Assembly: GCA_964389685.1 (NCBI GenBank)
Contig: CAYMFM010000004.1
Coordinates: 1,310 to 65,309, forward strand
Length of the DNA: 64,000 nt
From: an uncultured Rikenellaceae bacterium
GTDB lineage: Bacteria; Bacteroidota; Bacteroidia; Bacteroidales; VadinHA17
Reading direction: 5' to 3'
Both the position numbers and the translations under genes were made by a program. The notes beneath the pieces were generated by a model. It was given only the letters and a program-made list of their open reading frames with translations. It made no database searches and had not been told where the DNA came from. This document shows, piece after piece, positions 36,985 through 45,671 of the stretch. Positions within the stretch are counted from its first letter, which is position 1. Every line of letters begins with the position of its first letter.

Positions 36985-39226
36985 ATGTCCCCTGGTTCAG
37001 GGAATACTGGAGATAGTCCAGTACTATGGGAATATCATCCTGATTTACCCCGTTTTGCAGTAGAAACTTTCTGTCATCATTAAAGGTCATCAGAAAGTTC
37101 TCAAGATTATTCTCTTCATGAATGATGCTCTTTTTATACATGTTTATTGCTTCCAGGGGATTGCCCAGGCACCATTCTACGTGTCCGAAGTTTATGTAAT
37201 CATAAATCGATACTTCCTCCTTGAATAATTTACTGTAATATTTCTGCGACTGATCCAGTTTTCCCAGGACGAAATAGCACCAGGCAATTGGGCGTAAAAC
37301 TTTTTTATTGGAAGGATCAAGATATTCTACTTTAAAGTAATATTTGAGTGCTGTTTCATACTCTTCCAGGTCCAGGTAGCAGTGACCGATTGATGCCTGT
37401 GTAAACAGGTTGTCAGGCTCCAGTTTTTCTGATTCAAGATAATATTCCAGTGCTTTTTCCGGTTGTTTCAGTTTTCTGTAACAATAGCCGATCTTTTTCA
37501 CGTTCCAGGCACGGTTTTTATCATACAATTCACCCTGCAGGTAATAATCGAGTGCCTCTTCGATTCTTCCGAGCTTCTGATAACAAAAAGCGATCTTTTC
37601 CAGGATTTCGTAGCTTTTCTCTTCTGTTTTGTTCAGGTATTGATATATATCCAGTGCCTCTTCATAATATTCTTTTTCAAAAAGGTATTCAGCAATATTC
37701 CGGAGGGTACTTTTATCGGTTAACAACAGGTTAAAAAAGGCAGAATTATAGATATCGAGTTTCCCGGCAAAAACATCTTCAAATTCATTTTTATAGGGAT
37801 ATAGCTTATAAAACCGGTAGAGGTCCTGGAGGTACTGTTGATAGACCGCTTTTGTTTTTTTAAACTGGTCAAGGATTTCATCCTGTTCTGCAAGTTCATT
37901 CATTCCTTTCAATTCCGCATTGAACAGTTCAAGCATCATGGTTTTTTGAACTTTGGGCATGTGTTTTACGTTCAGAATAAAGGAGTATTTATCAGAATTA
38001 CAAAGGAATGATGTTTGAAAAAGGCCTTCGATAAAGAGCTCTTTGTCAAAACTGGTTTCTTCCCCCATCAGGGAATGATCAATAACTTCATTCTCAGGAT
38101 AAAAAGGTATAAACCAGTTGGTTATTTCCCTGAAAAAGTCAAATTGCTTCAACTGCGAGAAGGCTGTCAAAAAAACATCCGCTCCTTCCATTTGAAGCTG
38201 CGTAAATTCTTCCACCTTTTTGTATAGGTCATTTGAATCTTCAAAGACAATTTCCCAGTCAGGGTTCTTTTCCTCTCCAGGATCTTCGGGGACCAGTTTA
38301 TCGAGGTCAAGCTTATCTTCCAGTTTTGGCCGAAGTTTTACCATTTCGGGAATGATCTCTTCACGTAGTTTACGGGATATCTTCTCTGTCTCCCTCGAGC
38401 GGATAATCTGAATGATGATCGCTTCAATCTCCTTCTGGATCCCTTTTTTATCCTGCAGGATCTTTAATTTCGCAGAGATCTCAGGATAAAGGTAAAGTCT
38501 TTTGTCATACCGGTACATGGAGAGGATCAGCCCGATCATAGCCCGTTGTGAAACCTCCTGCTGGTTGTCTTCATAAAAATTAAACAGGGCAAAAACTTTT
38601 CGTTCGTCAAAATGACGAAATAAGCTCAATGTTATAGCACTAACGAACAAGCATTTCTCATACCATCGAAACGGTTTTCTTCTCCTGATCAGATCAATCA
38701 GCTCCAGGTCAACATCGGTCAGTTTATTTGTCAGCCAGAAATGATTAAACAGGGTTATTACCAGGCTTTTAAATCGTTTTGACTGAGGGGATGTGGGATC
38801 TGAGCCTAATTCGAAGTTTTCATCCATGATTTCATCCAGCTCCCGTTTAAAGCTAAGGTCATCCAGTCGTTCAATAATGCTTTTGCCGGTCAGTTTCTGC
38901 TGCTGTTCCAACTCAGCCTGAATGGTGAACGTGTGCCAGCCTGAATCCTGGTAAAGGATGTTATACTGTACACGATCAGCTAATTCCAGGATAGAAGCCA
39001 GAAGGTGATAGTATATTTTTTGCCGCTCCGGATCAGCTACTCCTTCAATGGTATATTTCAACATGGATTCGTAGGTTGATTCCAGGTTATCGAATTGAAC
39101 CCGCAAATCTCCCATTTTTGATACCACGATCAGATCCGATAATGCCTCCAACGCCTCTTTCACTCTTTTCTGGTAAATCAGGTAACAGATCCTCTCGTAC
39201 TTCTTCTTTAATTCAGTTGTTTTCAT
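36983..39226 (-). CDS. large tetratricopeptide-repeat protein with uncharacterised N-terminal 480-aa helical region
   Basis: 747 aa. The C-terminal ~270 aa contain clear TPR units (AFCYQKLGRIEEALDYY, GYCYRKLKQPEKALEYY, GHCYLDLEEYETALKYY). No signal peptide. Confidence 0.7.
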   Translation of the reverse strand: MKTTELKKKYERICYLIYQKRVKEALEALSDLIVVSKMGDLRVQFDNLESTYESMLKYTIEGVADPERQKIYYHLLASILELADRVQYNILYQDSGWHTFTIQAELEQQQKLTGKSIIERLDDLSFKRELDEIMDENFELGSDPTSPQSKRFKSLVITLFNHFWLTNKLTDVDLELIDLIRRRKPFRWYEKCLFVSAITLSLFRHFDERKVFALFNFYEDNQQEVSQRAMIGLILSMYRYDKRLYLYPEISAKLKILQDKKGIQKEIEAIIIQIIRSRETEKISRKLREEIIPEMVKLRPKLEDKLDLDKLVPEDPGEEKNPDWEIVFEDSNDLYKKVEEFTQLQMEGADVFLTAFSQLKQFDFFREITNWFIPFYPENEVIDHSLMGEETSFDKELFIEGLFQTSFLCNSDKYSFILNVKHMPKVQKTMMLELFNAELKGMNELAEQDEILDQFKKTKAVYQQYLQDLYRFYKLYPYKNEFEDVFAGKLDIYNSAFFNLLLTDKSTLRNIAEYLFEKEYYEEALDIYQYLNKTEEKSYEILEKIAFCYQKLGRIEEALDYYLQGELYDKNRAWNVKKIGYCYRKLKQPEKALEYYLESEKLEPDNLFTQASIGHCYLDLEEYETALKYYFKVEYLDPSNKKVLRPIAWCYFVLGKLDQSQKYYSKLFKEEVSIYDYINFGHVEWCLGNPLEAINMYKKSIIHEENNLENFLMTFNDDRKFLLQNGVNQDDIPIVLDYLQYSLNQGT

Positions 39227-39458
39227 ACTCTTTTTTTGGCAAACGATCGCTTTATCATGAAGTACAGATCGATCTGCCTTAATTTTGTTGGGAACAAATC
39301 CTGAAGAGATCTACCAAATATTATTCCATAAACCGGAAAATTGACTTTTTGGCAGTTAAGAATAGCATAAAACCCACTTTCATGGAATAAATGTATCACA
39401 ATTATCCGTCACATCAGTGCGGCATTTTTTTAAAAATTAAAATTTACTGAAAAGAATG

Positions 39459-39487
39459 GGAATAAATCGTTACAGTAAGTGGTCTAA
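39459..39487 (+). promoter_or_regulatory. candidate ECF-type promoter P3: GGAAT-N17-GGTCTAA
   Basis: Ends 29 nt upstream of the ATG at 39516, the first gene of the lipoprotein-TolC-MacA-MacB cluster. Confidence 0.5.
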
Positions 39488-39515
39488 CAAGCGAATTGAA
39501 ATTTACATTAAAACA

Positions 39516-40349
39516 ATGCAAATAGCAGTGCGTTATTACAGTTATCTGATTTTGCCGTTCCTTCTCTCGGGTTGCAGTAATAAACCCATACATAACAGCA
39601 CATGGAACAGCAATGAAATAATAATAGATGGCATTTTTTCAGATTGGGAAAAAGACCTGACATACGATAAAAAATCAAAACTGTTGTATAATGTAACCAA
39701 TGATCACACCAATCTTTTGCTATGTTTAAAGGTTACAGAGCCGTCTGTAACAAACAAGATCATGATGAGAGGTCTTACGGTATGGGTAGATACAACGGGG
39801 AAACAGAAAAAAAATCTGGGCATTAAATACCCGATGGGTCGAAGTGGAAGTATGAGACCTGCGGACCAGAGGACACCTCGTCAGCCGATGCCGGAGCAGC
39901 AGAGAGAACGGCCTGTCAGACCCCAAATTCAGAACCGAATGGAATTGATCGGATTCAAAGAAAGGGGGAAATCTGAGGTGGTTCCTGTTGGAGATACAAC
40001 AGGTATTGAAATAGCCGTAAAGGAAGATCCGTACGGTGGCATGCAATATGAAGCAAAGATACCTTTGCAGGTTATTTTGAAAGATCCGGACGAATTTTTA
40101 TCGGCTACTGAGACGTTGATCAGCGTTGGATTTGAAACAGGGTATATTAAAATGGATAGCAATACCGGAGGTGGTCAGACCGGTGGGCGAGTGGGAGGTG
40201 GAGGAGGGGGGAGGCCCTCCGGAGGTGGAGGAAGACCAACTGGTGGCGGTCAGCCTGGAGGAATGACACCCCAACAAGGGGATATGGCAAACATGACTCA
40301 GGCAACCCGGTTGTGGATAAAACAAATAAAACTTGTAATTTCAGAATAA
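39516..40349 (+). CDS. lipoprotein of unknown function with Gly/Arg/Pro-rich C-terminal segment
   Basis: The ATG at 39516 gives MQIAVRYYSYLILPFLLSGCSNK (lipobox). The segment TGGGQTGGRVGGGGGGRPSGGGGRPTGGGQPGG is encoded at 40164-40280. Confidence 0.65.
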   Translation: MQIAVRYYSYLILPFLLSGCSNKPIHNSTWNSNEIIIDGIFSDWEKDLTYDKKSKLLYNVTNDHTNLLLCLKVTEPSVTNKIMMRGLTVWVDTTGKQKKNLGIKYPMGRSGSMRPADQRTPRQPMPEQQRERPVRPQIQNRMELIGFKERGKSEVVPVGDTTGIEIAVKEDPYGGMQYEAKIPLQVILKDPDEFLSATETLISVGFETGYIKMDSNTGGGQTGGRVGGGGGGRPSGGGGRPTGGGQPGGMTPQQGDMANMTQATRLWIKQIKLVISE

Positions 40350-40445
40350 CCTTTAGAAAGCTTTATACCCTCCTGCACTGAACAGAGCATTGGAGACAGG
40401 ATTACTCCTGGATAGCGGATTTATGCAATCAAAAAACATGTTGTT

Positions 40446-41879
40446 ATGAAAAAAATAATTATCGGCATATTGGCCATCTGTAACATCGGCTGGTCTTTCA
40501 CTCAGGAAAACAAATGGACCCTGGCAGAATGCATTCAGCATGCCCTGGACCGGAATATTACGATAAACCAGAGGAAGCTAAACAATGAGTTATCTGAAAT
40601 AACCCTGGAACAATCCAAAGCCGATTTGCTGCCTAACCTTACGGCTTCAGGAAGTCAGAGCTGGAACTTCGGACGGTCCGTTGATCCCTATACCAATGAT
40701 TATGTTAGTACAAATGTCGGGAGCAATAATTTTGGATTAAGCACCAGCGTAACCCTGTTTGACGGATTGCAGAGTATTAATACCATTAAAAAGAACCAGA
40801 TTGATGTGGAATCGGGGACACTGGATCTTGAGCAAACAAAGAACGATATCATTCTCAGTGTCACACAGGCTTACCTGCAGGTCCTTTTTGCCTATGAACA
40901 GGTCGAAAATACCTCCATCAGCCTGGAATCTACCGCTGCCCAGGTGGAGAGAACGCAAAAACTGGTGAATGCAGGAAGCTCTCCTGAAGGGGATCTTTTC
41001 AAGATCAATTCGCAGCTTGCGTCCGATCAGTACAGCCTGGTAAATGCAGAAAACCAATTATCCATGGCCAAAGTGAACCTGATGCAGATCATGGAATTGC
41101 CGGTCGAAGAGGAATTTGATGTTGTCATCCCAGAATTTGATGTTACAACAATCGGAATTGCCTATTCCGGAGCGTCTGATGAAATCTATGCAAAAGCACT
41201 GGAGGTTCAACCGGAAATAGAAAGCTCGCAACTTAAGGTTGCCAGTGCCGAGCAGAGCCTGAAAATTGCCAGGGGTGCCCTCTATCCGCGACTTTCACTA
41301 TCTGGAAGCCTGGGTTCTGGATATTCCAATGCACGAACCCTGAGGCAATATGGAGAGCCAACTACAGTGATTCAGGAGGTTGGATATTTGCAAAGTGACC
41401 CTTCAGAAATTGTTGTAGCTGAACGGGAGTTTACTTCATCTTCAATCGCTGACTATAATTTTGGTAATCAGATCAGGGATAATTTGAACGAATCGGTGAG
41501 ACTGAGCCTTAGCATTCCCATCTTTAACCGGTTCCAGGTGAGAAACAACATCAGCCGTTCAAAAATCAATGTCGAAACGGCTGAACTGAACAAACAGAAT
41601 ACAGAAAACCAGTTGAGAAAAACAATCGAACAGGCGTATAACGATCTTGTATCTTCCGCTAAAAATTATGACGCTGCAGTGGAGCAACTGAAATCCCTGG
41701 AGCGTTCCTATAATGACACGGAACGAAAATATGAACTGGGTATGGTCAATGCGACCGATTATCTCATTGAAAAAAATAACTTTGAGAATTCAAAGTATAG
41801 CCTCACGAGGGCAAAATATGAATACATTTTTACCTTTAAGATCCTTGATTTTTACCAGGGGAATCCGATTACCTTTTGA
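40446..41879 (+). CDS. tolC: TolC-family outer-membrane efflux protein
   Basis: 477 aa. Signal peptide and two tandem OEP repeats (LTLEQSKADLLPNL..., ALYPRLSLSGSLG...). Confidence 0.88.
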   Translation: MKKIIIGILAICNIGWSFTQENKWTLAECIQHALDRNITINQRKLNNELSEITLEQSKADLLPNLTASGSQSWNFGRSVDPYTNDYVSTNVGSNNFGLSTSVTLFDGLQSINTIKKNQIDVESGTLDLEQTKNDIILSVTQAYLQVLFAYEQVENTSISLESTAAQVERTQKLVNAGSSPEGDLFKINSQLASDQYSLVNAENQLSMAKVNLMQIMELPVEEEFDVVIPEFDVTTIGIAYSGASDEIYAKALEVQPEIESSQLKVASAEQSLKIARGALYPRLSLSGSLGSGYSNARTLRQYGEPTTVIQEVGYLQSDPSEIVVAEREFTSSSIADYNFGNQIRDNLNESVRLSLSIPIFNRFQVRNNISRSKINVETAELNKQNTENQLRKTIEQAYNDLVSSAKNYDAAVEQLKSLERSYNDTERKYELGMVNATDYLIEKNNFENSKYSLTRAKYEYIFTFKILDFYQGNPITF

Positions 41880-41907
41880 TGTGGAAATAATGTTAATTTA
41901 GAAAACA

Positions 41908-43320
41908 ATGAAAAAGAAACTTATAATTACAGCCGTTGTCCTGATACCGGTAGTTATTGCAGGATTTTTTATTCTCAGAAAGGATAAAACATTTGATATA
42001 GAATGGGAACCCAAAGAGGTTGAGAAAGGAGACATAAACATTGAGGTGACTGCAACCGGAACCCTGGAAGCAGTAACCGAAGTTGAGGTTGGAACTCAGG
42101 TTTCCGGTATCCTCTCCGAATTATATGTGGATTTTAATTCAAAAGTCAGGAAAGGACAGGTGATCGCAAGACTGGATACTACCACGCTTGCAGCCCAGGT
42201 ATTCGATTCCAGAGCAAACCTTGAACGGGTAATGATCCGTTTGAACCAGGCTGAACGGGATTGGAAAAGAACCCAGCAACTTTTTGAAGAGAAAGTGGTA
42301 GCCCAGGTGGAGTATGACCAGGCACTCGATGACTATGAAACCGCCAAATCAAATGTACTATCGGCTGAGGCACAGCTAAACAGAAATATTATTAACCTGA
42401 ATTACGCAACCATCACAGCTCCCATCGATGGAATTGTGATTTCAAAAAATGTCGAAATGGGACAAACCGTTGCTGCCAGTTTTAACTCACCCACGCTTTT
42501 CAATATCGTGAATGATCTGACAAAGATGCAGGTGGAAGCCAGTGTGGATGAAGCAGATATCGGTCAGATCAAGGAGGGGCAGAGTGTTACTTTTACGGTA
42601 GATGCTTTTCAGGATGAACAGTTTGAAGGAGTGGTCCGGCAGGTTCGCTATCAGCCGGTCATTGTTTCCAATGTGGTAAACTATACGGTCATTGTAGATG
42701 TAGCCAACCCGGATATGAAGCTGCTTCCCGGAATGACAGCCAATATAACCGTGAATATTGATAAGCGGGAAGATGTATTGAAGGTTCCCTCCCGGGCACT
42801 TAGCTTTACTCCTCCTACAGTATACCTTGCGCTTCTATATGCAGAACTGCCGGATTCAGTCAAACAGCAGCAGGAAGAGAGAATCGCTGAAATGACAGAA
42901 CGGATGGAGTCTATGGGATTGTCACAGCAGCAAATCGACCAGATGGTCGAACGGGTGAGATTGATGGGAATATTTGGGGGTGGACAGCAACAACGCCCTG
43001 AAGGAATGGCCAGGAGGTTGGGTGGCGGTACGACTGGAGGTCAGAGAACTTCGGGAGAGATGCCTCAAACGGGCAATAGATCGCAACGTTTTGGCAATTT
43101 TGGGCAGGTGTGGATAAAAGATGGAGAAGGAGTGCGACCTGTACGGGTGCGAACAGGGATCACCGACGGCAGTAATGTGGAAATCATTAGTGAAGAACTG
43201 GAAGAAGGTACATTGGTTGTGATATCAGCATTGTATGATGAAGAGCAGGAAGAACAGGTAACCCAGACAAACAACCCATTTGCACCTGCCGGTCCGGGTA
43301 GAGGAAGAAGGATGAGGTAG
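41908..43320 (+). CDS. macA: MacA/HlyD-family periplasmic adaptor subunit with Gln/Gly/Arg-rich insertion
   Basis: TGTLEAVTEVEVGTQVSGIL lipoyl motif, a coiled-coil hairpin, and a beta-barrel. A low-complexity insert of about 90 aa includes GGGQQQRPEG...GGGTTGGQRTSG (42976-43104). Confidence 0.85.
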   Translation: MKKKLIITAVVLIPVVIAGFFILRKDKTFDIEWEPKEVEKGDINIEVTATGTLEAVTEVEVGTQVSGILSELYVDFNSKVRKGQVIARLDTTTLAAQVFDSRANLERVMIRLNQAERDWKRTQQLFEEKVVAQVEYDQALDDYETAKSNVLSAEAQLNRNIINLNYATITAPIDGIVISKNVEMGQTVAASFNSPTLFNIVNDLTKMQVEASVDEADIGQIKEGQSVTFTVDAFQDEQFEGVVRQVRYQPVIVSNVVNYTVIVDVANPDMKLLPGMTANITVNIDKREDVLKVPSRALSFTPPTVYLALLYAELPDSVKQQQEERIAEMTERMESMGLSQQQIDQMVERVRLMGIFGGGQQQRPEGMARRLGGGTTGGQRTSGEMPQTGNRSQRFGNFGQVWIKDGEGVRPVRVRTGITDGSNVEIISEELEEGTLVVISALYDEEQEEQVTQTNNPFAPAGPGRGRRMR

Positions 43321-43682
43321 GTTTGAGTTATGCCATAGGCCCGCCTGCTGCGGGCAGGCATCCCTTCGGGATAAGTTAATGGTTGAAAGTTAGTGGTGAG
43401 TAATGAGTCCCGCCTACTCCGTCAGCTGACGGATACGGCAGGCGAGGGGTGAGAGGTGAGATGGAGTGACTAAGAGACGAGGAGACTGTGTGACGGGTAA
43501 CGGAGGATAGGAAGAATAAAGAAGCAAAGGGAAGGATGAAGGATGAAGGATGAAGGATTAAGGATGAAGGATGAAGTAGCAAAGAGCAAAGAGTATAGAG
43601 TAAGGGGAAAAAACCGGGAGCAGTGACGAGTGACGAGTGACGAGAAAAAATAGTTAACATCTATTCAAGGGAGTTAAAATTT
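43321..43682. repeat. intra-operon spacer A: GC hairpin cores plus an array of about 28 degenerate heptanucleotide repeat units
   Basis: One continuous 7-nt register from 43447 to 43644. GAAGGAT x6 at 43531-43572 and GTGACGA x3 at 43623-43643. Hairpins at 43339-43359 and 43360-43372, and a 16-nt palindrome at 43418-43433. Confidence 0.85.
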
Positions 43683-44426
43683 ATGGATAAAATCATTTCA
43701 GTACGAAACCTGACCAAGGTGTACGATATGGGGTTGGTGAAGGTGCATGCTTTACGTGGTATAGATCTGGATATTTATACGGGAGAATTCACCGCCATTA
43801 TGGGTTCCAGCGGATCCGGGAAGTCAACCTTTATGAATATTGTTGGTTGCCTCGATCTTCCAACCGAAGGTGAATATTTCCTGGATGGCAAAGATGTGAG
43901 TAAATTGAACAAAGACCAGCTGGCCAAAACGAGAAACCTGAAAATAGGATTTGTGTTTCAAACATATAACCTGTTGTCCAGGACTTCAGCACTGGAGAAT
44001 GTCGAGTTACCTTTATTATATAATCCTTCAATTCGAGCAAAAGAGCGTAAGGAGAGGGCCATGCAATCCCTTGAAATGGTGGGACTGGCCGATTGGCACC
44101 ACCATTATCCAAACCAGTTATCTGGTGGACAACAACAGCGGGTGGCTATAGCAAGGGCTTTGGTTAACAACCCGGTAATAATTCTTGCCGATGAACCAAC
44201 CGGTAACCTCGATACCCGTACCAGTTATGAAGTAATGGAGATTTTCCAGGATCTGAATAGCAGGGGAATGACCATAACCCTGGTTACACACGAATATGAT
44301 ATTTCCCAGCTGGCCGGAAGAGTTGTGAGTTTCCGTGACGGGAGGGTTAGTAAGGAGATGGTTGTTGAGAAGATAAGGAATGCGCGTGATGAGCTGGCAA
44401 AACTTCCTGTAGAAGATGAATATTAA
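43683..44426 (+). CDS. macB: MacB/LolD-type ABC transporter ATP-binding protein
   Basis: Walker [10 protein letters not shown], signature LSGGQQQR, Walker [12 protein letters not shown]. Confidence 0.92.
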   Translation: MDKIISVRNLTKVYDMGLVKVHALRGIDLDIYTGEFTAIMGSSGSGKSTFMNIVGCLDLPTEGEYFLDGKDVSKLNKDQLAKTRNLKIGFVFQTYNLLSRTSALENVELPLLYNPSIRAKERKERAMQSLEMVGLADWHHHYPNQLSGGQQQRVAIARALVNNPVIILADEPTGNLDTRTSYEVMEIFQDLNSRGMTITLVTHEYDISQLAGRVVSFRDGRVSKEMVVEKIRNARDELAKLPVEDEY

Positions 44427-44444
44427 TAGTAAAATCATGAAAGC

Positions 44445-45671
44445 ATGAAAATACTCAACTTATTTGTTGTCGCATACCGGTCGCTGAACAAGAACAAAGT
44501 CCGGTCATTACTTACCATGCTTGGGATAATTATTGGGGTGGCATCGGTGATCGCTATGATTGCTATAGGACAGGGTTCAAGGGATAGTATTGAAGAACAG
44601 ATCTCCAGCATGGGAACGAATGTAATCATGCTTTTCCCGGGTGCATCGTTCCGGGGAGGTGTTGCAACTGCAGCCGGTGAGGCACAAAGCATAAATATGG
44701 AAGATGTTAATGCTATCCGGGATAATTGTCCATCGATTAAATACATCAGCCCGGTTTCCAGGGCAAGCGGACAGGTGATCGCTGGCAATAGTAACTGGAA
44801 CACACAGGTGTACGGAGTATATCCGGAATATATGGGTATTCGCAATCTCGAGATCTCCTCCGGTGAGATGTTTACCGATGTTGATGAGCGAAGATCAGCT
44901 AAAGTTTGCATCATTGGGACTACAGTGGCTGAAAACCTCTTTGACGAGTATACAGATCCTGTCGGACAAAAGATACGGATCCGGAATATTCCCTTTACCA
45001 TAATCGGAGTGCAAAAGAAAAAGGGTGGAAGCAGCATGGGATCCGATCAGGATGATATCATTTATGCTCCCTATTCAACCGTCCAGAAACGGATGAGGGG
45101 CGGAACCTCAACCAACGTGCAGCAAGTTTACCTTTCCTCTATATCGGAAAAGCATATTGAAAAAGCAAGTGAGGAAATTGACCAGCTGTTGCGGGATCGA
45201 AAGAAACTGAGCCGGTATGAAGATCCTCCCTATATGATCCGGACTCAAAGTGAAATTACAGAAATGTTTACATCCACTTCCGATACGATGATCATCCTGC
45301 TTGCCAGCATAGCCAGCATTTCACTGATCGTAGGAGGAATCGGGATCATGAATATCATGCTTGTTTCCGTAACGGAAAGAACAAGGGAAATTGGACTGCG
45401 TATGGCCGTAGGGGCAAGGGGAAGAGATATCCTGCGCCAGTTTCTCCTGGAAGCAGTATTGCTTAGCCTTATTGGCGGATTAATTGGTGTGGGAGGAGGA
45501 ATAGGCGCATCCAAACTGCTCGTCTCTGTTATGAACTGGCCGGTTTCTGTAACATCCTATTCCATTATTCTTGCCTTTGCATTTGCTTTCGTTATCGGTG
45601 TATTCTTTGGGTGGTACCCGGCACGAAAAGCTGCCTTACTTGTACCAATGGATGCGTTGAGGTATGAATAA
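44445..45671 (+). CDS. MacB-type ABC transporter permease (MacB periplasmic domain + FtsX domain)
   Basis: 408 aa. TM1, a periplasmic domain of about 220 aa, then three C-terminal TM helices with the FtsX-type motif TREIGLRMAVGARGRDI. Confidence 0.9.
   Translation: MKILNLFVVAYRSLNKNKVRSLLTMLGIIIGVASVIAMIAIGQGSRDSIEEQISSMGTNVIMLFPGASFRGGVATAAGEAQSINMEDVNAIRDNCPSIKYISPVSRASGQVIAGNSNWNTQVYGVYPEYMGIRNLEISSGEMFTDVDERRSAKVCIIGTTVAENLFDEYTDPVGQKIRIRNIPFTIIGVQKKKGGSSMGSDQDDIIYAPYSTVQKRMRGGTSTNVQQVYLSSISEKHIEKASEEIDQLLRDRKKLSRYEDPPYMIRTQSEITEMFTSTSDTMIILLASIASISLIVGGIGIMNIMLVSVTERTREIGLRMAVGARGRDILRQFLLEAVLLSLIGGLIGVGGGIGASKLLVSVMNWPVSVTSYSIILAFAFAFVIGVFFGWYPARKAALLVPMDALRYE

Noticed and set aside
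39384-39410. A fifth ECF-like site, GGAATAAATGTATCACAATTATCCGTC (GGAAT-N18-CGTC)
   Set aside because: It shares the GGAATAAA box but lacks the GTCTAA -10 element common to the other four, and it lies 105 nt from the ATG. I kept it as a weak variant only.
43376-43660. 94-aa minus-strand ORF through spacer A, and similar ORFs at 45592-45885 and 45708-45965 through spacer B
   Set aside because: These frames are open only because the heptamer arrays lack stop codons on that strand. The translated products are low-complexity Ser/Leu/His/Pro strings that follow the repeat units.
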